This document shows, piece by piece, positions 18,611 through 28,876 of a stretch of 64,000 nucleotides of DNA; position 1 is the stretch's first letter, and every line of letters begins with the position of its first letter. Below the pieces are notes generated by a model that saw only the letters and a program-made list of their open reading frames with translations, was not told where the DNA came from and searched no databases. The position numbers and the translations under genes are program-made. Source of the stretch: Arenicellales bacterium (lineage in GTDB: Bacteria > Pseudomonadota > Gammaproteobacteria > Arenicellales > JAJDZL01); the NCBI GenBank assembly GCA_965202615.1, contig OZ241837.1, positions 1,288,347-1,352,346 of the forward strand, given 5' to 3'.

Positions 18611-19066
18611 ATGAACTCAATTATTCGTACCAATGGTCGAAGAAATTTCAATGACAATGTGCTTGCGAGCATGGTTTCAAATTGGGATGATTTTTTCCCG
18701 AGTGTTTTCCACGGCGCTGCCCTGGCTCCTGCCAGCAGAATGCCAGCGGTGGATATCAAGGAAACCGACACTGAATATCAGGTTATCGCAGACTTGCCGG
18801 GAATTTCAAAAGACAATCTTGAAGTTTCGTTGAAGGACGAGGTGTTGAACCTGACCGTTCAATCCAAGCAGGAACAAAGCGAAGAATCTGAAGGACGGAT
18901 TGTTCGTCAGGAACGGTATCAAGGAACCTTTCATCGTTCATTCAAACTCAACGATTCGTTGGATGCGGAAAACATCCATGCAAACTACAAGGATGGTGTG
19001 CTGACGATTTCGGTTCCGAAGAAAGAGCCGGTTCATCCGAAGCAAATCGAAATTACCACCCACTAA
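18611..19066 (+). CDS. Hsp20/alpha-crystallin family small heat-shock protein (IbpA-like)
   Basis: Alpha-crystallin domain 'PAVDIKETDTEYQVIADLPGISKDNLEVSL...GVLTISVPKKE'. The ATG at 18611 has a GAGG SD. The track start at 18575 is TTG inside the 5' UTR hairpin. Confidence 0.9.
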   Translation: MNSIIRTNGRRNFNDNVLASMVSNWDDFFPSVFHGAALAPASRMPAVDIKETDTEYQVIADLPGISKDNLEVSLKDEVLNLTVQSKQEQSEESEGRIVRQERYQGTFHRSFKLNDSLDAENIHANYKDGVLTISVPKKEPVHPKQIEITTH

Positions 19067-19130
19067 GGAAACCAGTTTATTCTCTTAGTCATTTTCTTAC
19101 TCCTCCTTCTGACAATTAGTCAGTGATTCA

Positions 19131-19161
19131 GCGGTCGGTCTTACAGCCGACCGCTTTTTTA
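19131..19161 (+). terminator. rho-independent terminator after the Hsp20 gene
   Basis: 'gcggtcgg' (19131-19138) pairs with 'ccgaccgc' (19147-19154), followed by 'tttttta'. Confidence 0.7.
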
Positions 19162-19280
19162 TTCCGGTAAAATCTACCCACCTGCTTTGTCAGGTTCTGT
19201 GGGTTTGGTCAGTGTGAGAAAATATTGATCGAACGTACGCATCTTTATAACGACTTCGGTTAATCTGCGGATCAGACAGA

Positions 19281-20186
19281 ATGGATTTAGGAAACAAGTC
19301 GAAAACTCAAAAATCAGCAAATATCCTGTTAGAGGGTTTGCCTTACATTCATCAGTTTCGAGGCAAGACAATGGTCGTCAAGTACGGCGGCAATGCGATG
19401 CAGTCGACTGAATTACAGGAGACGTTCTGTCACGATATCGTTCTGATGAAAAGCGTCGGTCTGAAACCCGTTGTTGTTCATGGTGGCGGTCCCCAGATCA
19501 GTCAGGCAATCGCGCGCGCAGGTTTGAATTCAAATTTTGTACAGGGATTGCGAGTTACCGATCGCCAGACGATGGACATCGTTGAAGACGTCGTGATCAA
19601 TGAAATCAACCGAGAACTGGTGCAGATGATTACCGATCAGGGCTGGCCGGCATTCGGATTGGGAGCACGTCTTGAAGGGGGGTTGATTCAGGCAAAAAAA
19701 TTCAGCCAGACTGTTATTGATCCCGATTCGCTGTCTCCGGTTGACTTCGGCTATGTTGGTGAGGTTGTCGAAATCGACACGGAAAAACTTCGACTGGATT
19801 CAACTGAAAATGGCATTCCAGTTATCGCACCGATTGGAATTGATCGCGAGGGAAGAAGCTACAACATCAACGCCGACACTGTGGCCGGCGCAGTCGCTCA
19901 ATCTGTCAAAGCGGAGAAGTTGGTGATCTTGACGAATATGCCGGGTATTCTCGATTCGGATGGCGACTTGATTTCAACGCTGACAACCGATGAGCTGGAA
20001 TCCCTTGCCCAGAACAAGATTATTTCTGACGGGATGTTGCCCAAAGTGCGATGCGCTCAATCTTCACTTCAGGCCGGTGTGAACACAGTCCAAATAATCG
20101 ACGGTCGTATCCCGCATTCTGCGCTGTTGGAGATATTTACCGACAAGGGTGTGGGCACGCTGATTGCCGACAAGCACTCCCAATAG
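19281..20186 (+). CDS. argB: acetylglutamate kinase
   Basis: 'GKTMVVKYGGNAM', 'VVVHGGGPQI', 'NINADTVAGAVA' are classic ArgB motifs. Confidence 0.95.
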   Translation: MDLGNKSKTQKSANILLEGLPYIHQFRGKTMVVKYGGNAMQSTELQETFCHDIVLMKSVGLKPVVVHGGGPQISQAIARAGLNSNFVQGLRVTDRQTMDIVEDVVINEINRELVQMITDQGWPAFGLGARLEGGLIQAKKFSQTVIDPDSLSPVDFGYVGEVVEIDTEKLRLDSTENGIPVIAPIGIDREGRSYNINADTVAGAVAQSVKAEKLVILTNMPGILDSDGDLISTLTTDELESLAQNKIISDGMLPKVRCAQSSLQAGVNTVQIIDGRIPHSALLEIFTDKGVGTLIADKHSQ

Positions 20187-20209
20187 ACAAAAATCGTAAA
20201 AGATTCGCT

Positions 20210-21184
20210 TCAGTTCTCTTGCGTCAGCCGCCTCGCCCGCTGAATGAATCCAATACCGGCAAACATCACGATGGCCGCTATCCAAACAAGCGTCGGCAGA
20301 ACTTCACTGTGTACATACGCGCCAATCAGTATTCCAAAAACCGTAACCGTGTAAGTAACCTGACTCGAAAACAGGGCTCCTGCCAATTTGATCAGCAAGT
20401 AAAAAAAGCAGAACGCAGTTGCAGTCAGGGTGCCGTGGTAAAGGATTAAAACGGTGATAAGCGGGTCTGCATCCCAAACCGGATAAATCGATTCAAAAAT
20501 GATTGTCGTAACAAAAAGCGCAATCGTTGCCACGATCAGTGAACCGGCTGCAAGGTCCATCACATGCAAATTATTTGGACGGTACCGTGCGACATAAACC
20601 ATATTGACGGCATAGAAAGCCGGTGTCAGCAGACCAAGAAGTATCGCCCAGACTGGCGCTTTCATCTGTGTTACCGAATCGGGCATCAGGATCAGTGTGA
20701 TACCGATAAATGCAAGCAGAAGTCCGACCGTTTTAAGCGGATGGTATTTTTCAACTTGGGCGAACATGCCGAACGCATAAGTGAATATTGGCGCCACTGC
20801 AAGCAGCAGTGCCATCAACCCTGCCGGAATCCAGATTACCGAGTAGTACATGATGGTCGTCGGGATTGCGGAACTGGTCAAGCCGCAAATCGTGTAGAAA
20901 ACAAGGTGCTTCGGTGGCAGTCTGCGACCGCAGAGGAAGTTGAAGATGACGAGTACGGAAGAGGCGATTGCAAGAATCCAGAATGAATAGCTCAGGGGAT
21001 GGATGCCTTGGGCGATGACATACTTGGAAATGCTTGGCACTCCGCCCCAGAGCAGACCCAGAAACACCAGAATCAATACCGGTACTGTCCGCATTAACCA
21101 TGGGGATTGCAGCAGTCGCGTACCGTTCATTTTTACTGTATTGGCAACTGGAATAATTGGTGGTCGATTCGCGGTCTTCTTCAA
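20210..21184 (-). CDS. DMT superfamily (EamA-like) transporter
   Basis: 324 aa with about ten TM helices in two EamA-like halves. Substrate unknown. Confidence 0.8.
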   Translation of the reverse strand: MKKTANRPPIIPVANTVKMNGTRLLQSPWLMRTVPVLILVFLGLLWGGVPSISKYVIAQGIHPLSYSFWILAIASSVLVIFNFLCGRRLPPKHLVFYTICGLTSSAIPTTIMYYSVIWIPAGLMALLLAVAPIFTYAFGMFAQVEKYHPLKTVGLLLAFIGITLILMPDSVTQMKAPVWAILLGLLTPAFYAVNMVYVARYRPNNLHVMDLAAGSLIVATIALFVTTIIFESIYPVWDADPLITVLILYHGTLTATAFCFFYLLIKLAGALFSSQVTYTVTVFGILIGAYVHSEVLPTLVWIAAIVMFAGIGFIQRARRLTQEN

Positions 21185-21196
21185 CCCGCTTTGCTG

Positions 21197-21610
21197 TCAG
21201 TCGTTGTTACCAGACGATTCCTGTTTCGGAACGAAGACAAGTGCGATGCCGTTGCTGCAGTAGCGTTTTCCGGTGGGTCTGGGACCGTCATTGAAGATAT
21301 GGCCGTGGTGACTGCCGCATCGTGCACAGTGATATTCGGTCCGCGGCAATATCAGTTTGAAGTCTGTCTTTGTTTCCAGGCTTCCTTCGATTGCTGTATG
21401 AAAGCTGGGCCATCCGGTACCGCTATCGAATTTGTCGTCCGAATTAAACAGAGACAAGCCGCAGCCCCGGCATTGGTAAATGCCTTCTCTGTATTCTCGA
21501 TTGAGGTTACTGCTGTAAGGCTGCTCGGTACCTTCTCGGCGGAGCACCCGAAATTCTGCAGGGTCCAGTAACGCTTGCCAATCCTCGTCGTTTTTTTTGA
21601 TTTTTTCCAT
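21197..21610 (-). CDS. msrB: peptide-methionine (R)-S-oxide reductase
   Basis: 'CRGCGLSLF', 'SGTGWPSF', 'RTEYHCARCGSHHGHIFNDGP'. The track start at 21655 is TTG, so the ATG at 21610 ('MEKIKKNDEDW') is preferred. Confidence 0.9.
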   Translation of the reverse strand: MEKIKKNDEDWQALLDPAEFRVLRREGTEQPYSSNLNREYREGIYQCRGCGLSLFNSDDKFDSGTGWPSFHTAIEGSLETKTDFKLILPRTEYHCARCGSHHGHIFNDGPRPTGKRYCSNGIALVFVPKQESSGNND

Positions 21611-21823
21611 GACTTGTTCTTTTGTGAGGTGTTTGATATGCGCGTTTGCTCGCAAGGAATAATAGTGTCTTGAGACAGACGAAACATCTTCACAAATTAT
21701 GTGTTATCCGTTGCTCGACAATACGAAATATTGAGATTCGGCAACCAGAGATTTGATTAAAATTGCGCCGAACTGCACGGGCTGTTGTGTATCAGCAATT
21801 TTTCCTCAAGTATTCATTCAGAC

Positions 21824-22717
21824 ATGCCCATAACTTCGCTCGTAAACTTAAGCGATCGCGCCAAAGGAGTCACCCTTGTGCTGACGGCGGGCATATTCTG
21901 GAGTTTCGCCGGACTTGCGGTTCGTTTGATCGAATTTGCCAATGAATGGCAAATCCTGTTTTTCCGGTCAACCTCTCTGTTGGCCTTTCTTTCCGTCTAT
22001 TTCCTGGTATTCCATCGCAAGCGCACAATTGCGGTGTTCCGCGACTGTGGCTGGGTTGGATTTGCCGCTGGGCTCGCACTGGGTCTGGCGTTTTGTGCCT
22101 GGATTCATGCATTGACACACACAACGGTAGCCAATGCCCTGTTTCTTCTGTCCACATCGCCTTTCTTTGCCGCAGTCCTAGGCTGGTGGATACTCGGTGA
22201 AAGAGTTTCTGTGTCATTATTCTGGTTCATCCTATTGGCAATATTCGGTGTCGGCGTCATGGTGGTGGAAGGCTACCAGCTCGGTACGTTGCTGGGTACT
22301 GTCATGGGCATTCTCGCGGCAACCGGATTTGGGGTTTTCGCGGTCCTTCTTCGTTTGGGGCGAAAAAAGGATCTTGTACCCGCCGTTTTCTGGGCTGGCG
22401 TCTGTGCTGCCATAATTTCGGGTACGATCATCATTCTGACACCGACGACTTTCACGGTAACTGCCTGGGATTTCGGACTTTGTGCTTTGATGGGAGTTTT
22501 TCAGGTGGGATTGGGTTTGATTATCTTTACCCGTGGTGCAATATATTTGCCTGCGGCCGAGATAACGTTGCTGTCGTTGACTGAAATAGTGCTTGGGCCG
22601 GTTTGGGTATGGCTGGTGATTCGCGAGGTTCCAGGGATTTTGACGGTCGTTGGCGGTATTATTGTCCTTTTGGCAATTGGTGGACAGGCTTACTTTACCT
22701 TGCGTAAGACTGCTTGA
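21824..22717 (+). CDS. DMT superfamily (EamA-like) transporter
   Basis: Polytopic, two EamA-like repeats. The ATG at 21824 is preferred over the TTG at 21785. Confidence 0.8.
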   Translation: MPITSLVNLSDRAKGVTLVLTAGIFWSFAGLAVRLIEFANEWQILFFRSTSLLAFLSVYFLVFHRKRTIAVFRDCGWVGFAAGLALGLAFCAWIHALTHTTVANALFLLSTSPFFAAVLGWWILGERVSVSLFWFILLAIFGVGVMVVEGYQLGTLLGTVMGILAATGFGVFAVLLRLGRKKDLVPAVFWAGVCAAIISGTIIILTPTTFTVTAWDFGLCALMGVFQVGLGLIIFTRGAIYLPAAEITLLSLTEIVLGPVWVWLVIREVPGILTVVGGIIVLLAIGGQAYFTLRKTA

Positions 22718-22968
22718 CAATATCGGCCGATAGACATCGAAGAACAGCCTGGATCGGTGGTCAGTTTTCACGTCAATGAGTGACTTGCCGCATCCATCTC
22801 TTACAATATCGTGAACATCCTGATAAACGAAAAAATTAGTGGCCTGCGAAAGATTTCGTTGCGTCCCGTATCGCATCAAAAAACTTTTCCGATGAAATTA
22901 CCTTTGTTGTCCAATCAAAACCCAACAGTCAACCGAACCCTCATGTTGGGGCAGGTGAGGAACTCGTA

Positions 22969-23757
22969 ATGGCGTGGTGGGGACGCGCAATCGGCGGCAC
23001 CATCGGAGCGGTTATCGGCGGTCCGATCGGTGCCATATTGGGCTATGTTGCGGGCGGTTTCTTTGATAAGGGACTGAAGAAAAACCTGGGCGGTGATTTC
23101 AGTGCGAACGAGCGCCGCCAGACAGCTTTCTACGCCGCAACATTTTCGGTACTCGGATATATTGCGAAACTCGACGGATACGTTAGCCCGCAGGAAATCA
23201 ATTTTGCTGAGAGCATCATGCGGCATATGTCGCTGAATTCTGATCAGCGCAAAGTAGCCATTGAACTTTTCAAGGAAGGAAAAAAAGATAGTTTTGATCT
23301 TACGGCTGTTCTTCAGCAATTTGCAAAAGAATGCGGCAACCGCAGAAACGTCAAGAAGGTTTTTATCGAAATTCAGATCTCCGGCGCCATGTCGGACGGA
23401 GTGTTCAACCCGGAGGAGCGCGACGCACTTGAATATATCTCCAGTGTGCTCGGGTTCAACCCGGCAGAGTTCGAAGACATACTGGAGGGCATTAACGTTC
23501 AACAGGAATATGCTTCCGGCAAACCGCGGGTTCCGCTGTCCGAAGACTACAAACTGCTTGGATTGACCGAAGGTGCCAGCCGAGACGAAGTAAAACGCGC
23601 TTATCGAAAGAAGATGAGCCAATATCATCCGGATAAACTGGTTTCCAAAGGCTTGCCGGACGAAATGATTGATATCGCCACGGAAAAAACCAAACAGTTT
23701 CGAGCCGCTTACGAAAGAATTCAACAAAACCTGAAGTCGCGCAACACAGCTCATTAG
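22969..23757 (+). CDS. djlA: co-chaperone DjlA
   Basis: N-terminal Gly-rich TM 'WWGRAIGGTIGAVIGGPIGAILG', TerB-like middle region, C-terminal J domain 'DYKLLGLTEGASRDEVKRAYRKKMSQYHPDKL'. Confidence 0.85.
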   Translation: MAWWGRAIGGTIGAVIGGPIGAILGYVAGGFFDKGLKKNLGGDFSANERRQTAFYAATFSVLGYIAKLDGYVSPQEINFAESIMRHMSLNSDQRKVAIELFKEGKKDSFDLTAVLQQFAKECGNRRNVKKVFIEIQISGAMSDGVFNPEERDALEYISSVLGFNPAEFEDILEGINVQQEYASGKPRVPLSEDYKLLGLTEGASRDEVKRAYRKKMSQYHPDKLVSKGLPDEMIDIATEKTKQFRAAYERIQQNLKSRNTAH

Positions 23758-23815
23758 CGTTTTCGGAACAAGCTCCCATAAACCCAACTTAATTTCAAAT
23801 TAGAAGGAGACAAAA

Positions 23816-24793
23816 ATGCCAAAGGCGATGCAAGTCTACGAAATTGGAGAACCGTCAGTCATGAAATGGGAAGACGTCGATCCCGGCAACCCCGACAGCA
23901 ATGAAGTGCTTGTTCGACATACTGCCGTGGGACTGAATTTTATAGATGTCTATTTTCGAAGGGGTATTTACCCGCCTCCCGGCTTTCCTTTCGTACCCGG
24001 CCTCGAAGGCGCCGGTGTCGTCGAACAAATCGGTGATGATGTATCCGACCTTGCTGTTGGTGATCGAGTTGCGTACGCCTCTCCACCGCTCGGAGCTTAT
24101 GCAGAACAACGCCTGATGCCTGCCAATCGGCTGGTGAAGATTCCAGACGAAATTGATGACGTAACCGCAGCTGCCATGATGCTGAAAGGGCTGACTGCTC
24201 AATACCTGCTCAGACAGGTCTATCAAGTCAAATCGGGCGACACGATTCTTTTTCATGCGGCAGCCGGCGGCGTTGGACTGATCGCATGCCAATGGGCCAA
24301 GCGCCTGGGTGCCACGGTAATCGGTACGGTTGGTAACGATCAGAAAGCCGAGATTGCGAAAGACCACGGCTGTGATTTTCCGATCATCTATACCCGCGAA
24401 AACTTTACCGACAGGGTGAGGGAAATTACTGATGGGAAAGGTGTTCCAGTTGTGTACGACTCTGTTGGACTGAGCACGTTTGAAGGCTCGCTCGACTGCC
24501 TGCGACCCAAGGGCTTGCTCGTCAGTTTCGGTCAGTCATCTGGAGAAATCGACAGTTTCAACCCGGTGTTGCTCAGAGTCAAAGGTTCACTGTTTCTGAC
24601 TCGTCCAACATTGATGACTTACACCGCGGAGCGAGAAGATTTGGTTGCCATGGCGGAAGAGCTCTGTGAAATGGTCACATCCGGCGCGGTAACCATTCCG
24701 GTCAAACAAAGATTTGCCTTGGCTGATGCGGTCCAGGCGCATACTGATCTTGAATCCCGGAAAACTCACGGAGCGACCGTATTTGAAGTGTGA
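23816..24793 (+). CDS. NADPH:quinone oxidoreductase (zeta-crystallin/MDR family)
   Basis: 'VLVRHTAVGLNFIDVYFRRGIYP', 'FHAAAGGVGL' nucleotide-binding motif. Confidence 0.85.
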   Translation: MPKAMQVYEIGEPSVMKWEDVDPGNPDSNEVLVRHTAVGLNFIDVYFRRGIYPPPGFPFVPGLEGAGVVEQIGDDVSDLAVGDRVAYASPPLGAYAEQRLMPANRLVKIPDEIDDVTAAAMMLKGLTAQYLLRQVYQVKSGDTILFHAAAGGVGLIACQWAKRLGATVIGTVGNDQKAEIAKDHGCDFPIIYTRENFTDRVREITDGKGVPVVYDSVGLSTFEGSLDCLRPKGLLVSFGQSSGEIDSFNPVLLRVKGSLFLTRPTLMTYTAEREDLVAMAEELCEMVTSGAVTIPVKQRFALADAVQAHTDLESRKTHGATVFEV

Positions 24794-24801
24794 TGCGATC
24801 T

Positions 24802-26067
24802 TCAGTTCAGCCCATGAAACGGTTGAACGTCAACCATGTCTCCAGGGTTGGCCGTGGTCGCGTCATCATCCAGTAAAACAAAACAGTTTGCCTGGGACAT
24901 GCTGCTGAGCAACCCCGAGCCCTGCTGTCCCGTACTGGCAACGATCGGGTCTCCCTCATCATCGCGGCTCAGAATCGCGCGATAGACTTCGGAGCGATTC
25001 GGTTTTTTTCTGAATCGGGTTGTTGCCCGGGCTTTCAGGACCGGCGCCGGACTCAGGTTACGGTCGCCCATCAGTTTGTGCAGTGCCGGTTGCAATAGTC
25101 GATAAAAGGTAACCATCACTGCGACCGGATTACCCGGTAATCCAAAGAACAGCGCATCACTGATTCTGCCGAACGCGAAGGGTCGCCCGGGACGTATTGC
25201 GATACGCCAAAGGTCTACACTGCCAAGCTGTTGAAGTGCGCTAATCACAAAGTCGGCGCTGCCTGTCGATACACCTCCCGAGGTAACGATCAAATCAACT
25301 TTTTTACTGGCGCTGGACAATGCATCGAGGGTGTCTTCCTGATTGTCTGGAATCACGCCCAGATTCATGACGTCTGCGCCACAGTTCTGAAGCAACCCCA
25401 TCAGTACATATCGATTGCTGTCATAGATCGAGCCTGGTTCCAAAGGTTCGCCTGCGTTCTTCAGTTCATCACCGGTCGAAAAAACCGCAGCGACCGGTTT
25501 GCGAATGACTTCAACCCGTCCTATTCCCGTTGAGGCCAGCACACCGAGTTCTGCAGGTCCAAGTTTCAGACCGGATTCAACCGCAACCTGGTGTTGCACC
25601 AAATCCTCACCGGCAAGTCTGACATTTGCGTGTGGTTTATACCCGGCTTTGATGGTTGCCTGATCGCCTGTGACCTCCACATCTTCCTGGATCACCACCG
25701 TGTCGGTATTTTCCGGCATCATCGCGCCGGTTGTCACCCGAACCGTTTGATTGGCTTCGCAGGTTCCTGACCAAGGCCTTCCTGCCAGAGCTTCACCTAC
25801 GATACAAAAATTTCTGCTTCCCTCGGCAGGCAGTGCCGAGCCGGCGAGCGCAAAACCGTCCATCGCGGCATTGGCATGTGGCGGGACATTGATGGGTGAC
25901 GTCGCGGGATGCGTGAGAACCCGCCCCAGCGCTTCGGGAAGCGAAACCACCTGCGTGGTTTTGATCGGCACGACATGTTCCAGAACCCGCTTTTCAGCTT
26001 CTGCAATTGGCACCAATCCGGTTCGGGGGTCGAAACAGTCAGTCGGATTCTGTAATGGCTGGTTCAC
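24802..26067 (-). CDS. moeA: molybdopterin molybdotransferase MoeA
   Basis: 'NAAMDGFAL', 'GEDL', 'STGDEL', 'SGGVSTGSADF', 'GLPGNPVA'. GTG start, and the exact start is uncertain. Confidence 0.9.
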   Translation of the reverse strand: MNQPLQNPTDCFDPRTGLVPIAEAEKRVLEHVVPIKTTQVVSLPEALGRVLTHPATSPINVPPHANAAMDGFALAGSALPAEGSRNFCIVGEALAGRPWSGTCEANQTVRVTTGAMMPENTDTVVIQEDVEVTGDQATIKAGYKPHANVRLAGEDLVQHQVAVESGLKLGPAELGVLASTGIGRVEVIRKPVAAVFSTGDELKNAGEPLEPGSIYDSNRYVLMGLLQNCGADVMNLGVIPDNQEDTLDALSSASKKVDLIVTSGGVSTGSADFVISALQQLGSVDLWRIAIRPGRPFAFGRISDALFFGLPGNPVAVMVTFYRLLQPALHKLMGDRNLSPAPVLKARATTRFRKKPNRSEVYRAILSRDDEGDPIVASTGQQGSGLLSSMSQANCFVLLDDDATTANPGDMVDVQPFHGLN

Positions 26068-26211
26068 TCTTGCTCAAATCGCTTGCACAGCTGAACTGGT
26101 GAGTTCAGATTTTCAGCGCAGCGTATCGGGTTATGAAAAAAGCGGCTTTCGTGCCTGGCAATGACATCGCTTAAAATTGTAATCAATCGATCAACCGTAT
26201 GAGAATTGAGT

Positions 26212-26418
26212 ATGAACGAGGATGTATTCAATTTGCAAATCCGCAAATTTCTGAAAAAAGTCGGCATTCAGTCGCAACGTGAAATTGAAATGGCAGTTCG
26301 AAGTGCCATTGATTCGGGCCAGTTAACGGGTTCTGAAGTGCTAAATGCAAAAGTCCAGCTTACCGTCGGCGAGGTTGGTGTGAACCACACCATCGAGGAT
26401 ACCATCTCACTTGAGTAA
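26212..26418 (+). CDS. small conserved hypothetical protein
   Basis: 68 aa from the ATG at 26212, 'MNEDVFNLQIRKFLKKVGIQSQREIE'. I recall similar small proteins annotated as a DUF family but cannot confirm this. Confidence 0.45.
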   Translation: MNEDVFNLQIRKFLKKVGIQSQREIEMAVRSAIDSGQLTGSEVLNAKVQLTVGEVGVNHTIEDTISLE

Positions 26419-26427
26419 CCTCCGATT

Positions 26428-27369
26428 TCAATCAAGTTCCAGCGCATAAGCGTTTAGATCTGGAACCTGCTTGATCAAATCGCGTTCAAGCAAAAACTCC
26501 GCAAACCGTCGGTAACGGTTTTTATCCAAGGCGCCGGGCCGCAACGCGAATCGAGGCAGTGTGTCGCGCCAGGCGCGGCGATTCAACTCGTCATCAAGTT
26601 GCTTGTCGTGAGCGATGAAATCATTCCATGCCTGCTCGGGATGATTGATCATGAACTGTACCGCACGCTCCAGCGCATCGATAAATTTCCGCATATGGGG
26701 ATTGGCAGCATTTTCTTGATGGGCGACGATAACCAGCTCATCGTACGCTGGAATCCCTTCTTCTTCGATAAAGAAAGCGCGTCCCGGCACGCCATGAATG
26801 TCCATCTGGTTGATTTCGAAGTTTCGATAGGCTCCAATCACCGCATCAACCTGTTTTGACATCAGCGCAGGGGATAGTGAGAAATTCACATTCACCAGCG
26901 TGACATCATCGATTGTCAGTCCGTTCGCTTCCAGAATGGAGGCTAAAAGAGCGTCCTCGAATCCAGCAACCGAATAGCCAACCTTGCGATTTTTCATGTC
27001 ACTGATTTCGGTAATGTCGGAATCGGCCAGAACCACAATGCAGTTCAGCGGGGTTGCCACAAGGGTGCCAATTCTAACGAGTGGCAGCCCCTGGTCGACC
27101 TGCAAGTGGAGTTGCGGTTGGTATGAAATGGCGACATCGGCCTTTTTTGCCGCGACCAGTTTGGGCGGGTCGTTCGGATTGGCGGGCGCGATCAGTTCAA
27201 CGTCCAGACCGGCTTCGTCGAAATAACCCCGCGCTTTTGCGACATAAAGTGGCCCATGATCGGGATTCACGTACCAGTCGAGCAACACGGTGAATTTTTC
27301 GGATGCCAGTCCGACATTGGTAAAAAGAAAGAAAGTCAGCAGGGAGAAACAGGTTATTGTTTTTTTCAT
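26428..27369 (-). CDS. ABC transporter substrate-binding protein, NMT1/THI5-like (ThiY-like pyrimidine precursor binding)
   Basis: Signal peptide from 'MKKTITCFSLLTFFLFTNVGLA' (ATG 27369), 'LDWYVNPDHGPLYVA'. Last gene of the TPP-riboswitch operon. Confidence 0.8.
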   Translation of the reverse strand: MKKTITCFSLLTFFLFTNVGLASEKFTVLLDWYVNPDHGPLYVAKARGYFDEAGLDVELIAPANPNDPPKLVAAKKADVAISYQPQLHLQVDQGLPLVRIGTLVATPLNCIVVLADSDITEISDMKNRKVGYSVAGFEDALLASILEANGLTIDDVTLVNVNFSLSPALMSKQVDAVIGAYRNFEINQMDIHGVPGRAFFIEEEGIPAYDELVIVAHQENAANPHMRKFIDALERAVQFMINHPEQAWNDFIAHDKQLDDELNRRAWRDTLPRFALRPGALDKNRYRRFAEFLLERDLIKQVPDLNAYALELD

Positions 27370-27376
27370 GGCTTGG

Positions 27377-28138
27377 TTAATTTGCCTCCAACGTGGTTTC
27401 TGATTGCCAAAATATGGCGCGTTTGACCAAATAGTCGATACTGAAATAAAGAATGATTGCGAATGCCGCCAGAACGAACAATGCTGCAAACATCAAGTCT
27501 ACTTGTGTTCGAGCGTTCGCGTGCAGCATCAGGTAGCCTAATCCGGTACTGGAACCCACCCATTCGCCGACAACGGCTCCAATTGGAGCAATTGCCGCGG
27601 CGATACGCAAGCCCGAGCCGAGTGATGGAAGGGCGGCCGGGAGTCGAATGTACTTGAGTACGGTATTGTTTGATGCACCCATTATTCGGGCCAGGTTGAT
27701 CCACCCGGCATCGGTGTTTCTCAAGCCGTCGTAAAGCGCAGCGGTTACGGGAAAATAGATGATGAGTGTGGCCATCGCGATCTTTGATCCCATTCCAAAT
27801 CCAAGCCAAAGCATCAGTACCGGTGCAATTGCGAAAACGGGGAGTGCCTGGCTGGCAACCAGAACTGGCAAAAACCAGCTTCGCACGGGACGAAACCGAA
27901 GAATCGCCCAGGCGCTTGCCATTCCGATCAGGCATCCCAGAAACAATCCCAATATGATTTCCACAATCGTCACGCTGGCGTGAAACGCGATCTCTTTGAA
28001 GTGAAGCCCAAGTGCAATTGCGACTTCAAGCGGCGGCGGCAAAATGAACGGTGGAGCACCAGTAGCGATAATGATCAGCTGCCACAGAAGGATGGTGAAT
28101 GCAAAGATTACAGCAAACTTACGGACCATGGCCTTCAA
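27377..28138 (-). CDS. ABC transporter permease (NitT/TauT family, ThiX-like)
   Basis: 253 aa, six TM helices, EAA-like loop 'ARIMGASNNTVLKYIRLPAALP'. Confidence 0.8.
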   Translation of the reverse strand: MKAMVRKFAVIFAFTILLWQLIIIATGAPPFILPPPLEVAIALGLHFKEIAFHASVTIVEIILGLFLGCLIGMASAWAILRFRPVRSWFLPVLVASQALPVFAIAPVLMLWLGFGMGSKIAMATLIIYFPVTAALYDGLRNTDAGWINLARIMGASNNTVLKYIRLPAALPSLGSGLRIAAAIAPIGAVVGEWVGSSTGLGYLMLHANARTQVDLMFAALFVLAAFAIILYFSIDYLVKRAIFWQSETTLEAN

Positions 28139-28865
28139 CCTCGGGATGGCTTAGCTGATGCATTAGCTGAGTATAGGACTGGCCGATCCGACTGTCTGCC
28201 AGTTGACGAGGCGGGTCGCCGGGCGGTTTGACCGGATGTGCAACCCGGGCTGGACGACCATCCAGAACATAAACCAGGTCCGCCATTCGCAGTGCTTCCA
28301 GCGGGTCGTGTGTGACCAGCAGGGTGGTGCGATTTGCCAGGAGTCGTGTGGCAAGGCCTTGAATCTGGTAGCGAGTGCTTGCATCGAGCCCCGAGAAGGG
28401 TTCATCAAGAAGGTTTATTGGTCGTTCTTCTGCGAGTGTACGGGCAAGTGCCACCCGCTGTCGCATTCCACCCGACAGTTCGTGAGGATAGCGGTTTTCT
28501 ACGTTTTCGAGTTCAACATCACTCAAAAGCCGCCGGGCGATTTCGAAATGCATGGCAGTGCGGTTGCCTCGCAACAGCGCACCCAGCGTAATATTGTCAA
28601 TAATCCTGAGCCAGGGCAGCAACAGGTCTTGCTGAGCCATCCATGCGATCCGGCCGGACAACGGTTTGTGATCATCAGCGGTGACTGATCCTTGTGCAAT
28701 ATTTGAAGAAAGAAGCCCGGCGATGAACTGCAGCAGCGTCGATTTTCCGGAACCGCTCTTTCCGAGCAGACACACCAATTTCCCCGATTCCAGTTCCAGG
28801 GAAAAATCATCGAAAATACAGTCTTCACCGTAGCTCAGACTGAGCTGGATTGAGACCGAAGTCAT
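28119..28865 (-). CDS. ABC transporter ATP-binding protein (ThiZ-like)
   Basis: Walker A 'GKSGSGKST', signature 'LSGGMRQRV', Walker B 'LLDEPFS'. The start at 28865 gives normal spacing to Walker A. Confidence 0.85.
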   Translation of the reverse strand: MTSVSIQLSLSYGEDCIFDDFSLELESGKLVCLLGKSGSGKSTLLQFIAGLLSSNIAQGSVTADDHKPLSGRIAWMAQQDLLLPWLRIIDNITLGALLRGNRTAMHFEIARRLLSDVELENVENRYPHELSGGMRQRVALARTLAEERPINLLDEPFSGLDASTRYQIQGLATRLLANRTTLLVTHDPLEALRMADLVYVLDGRPARVAHPVKPPGDPPRQLADSRIGQSYTQLMHQLSHPEVEGHGP

Positions 28866-28876
28866 TGGTCCGCTGC

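Noticed and set aside
22915-23787. A 290-aa ORF on the minus strand that covers the whole of djlA.
   Set aside because: The plus-strand product is an unmistakable DjlA (TM, TerB-like region, J domain). The antisense translation is low-complexity with no motifs, so it is a typical shadow ORF.
26068-26205. A possible Moco riboswitch in the moeA leader, with a 7-bp hairpin ctgaact-ggtg-agttcag.
   Set aside because: The minus-strand leader lacks the conserved Moco-motif elements I remember. The only structure is a short generic hairpin, which is not enough evidence.
26064-26267. A 67-aa upstream ORF whose stop overlaps the moeA GTG start (GTGA).
   Set aside because: Its composition is junk-like, it overlaps the start of the opposite-strand small gene at 26212, and no SD was recognised. 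It is probably fortuitous.
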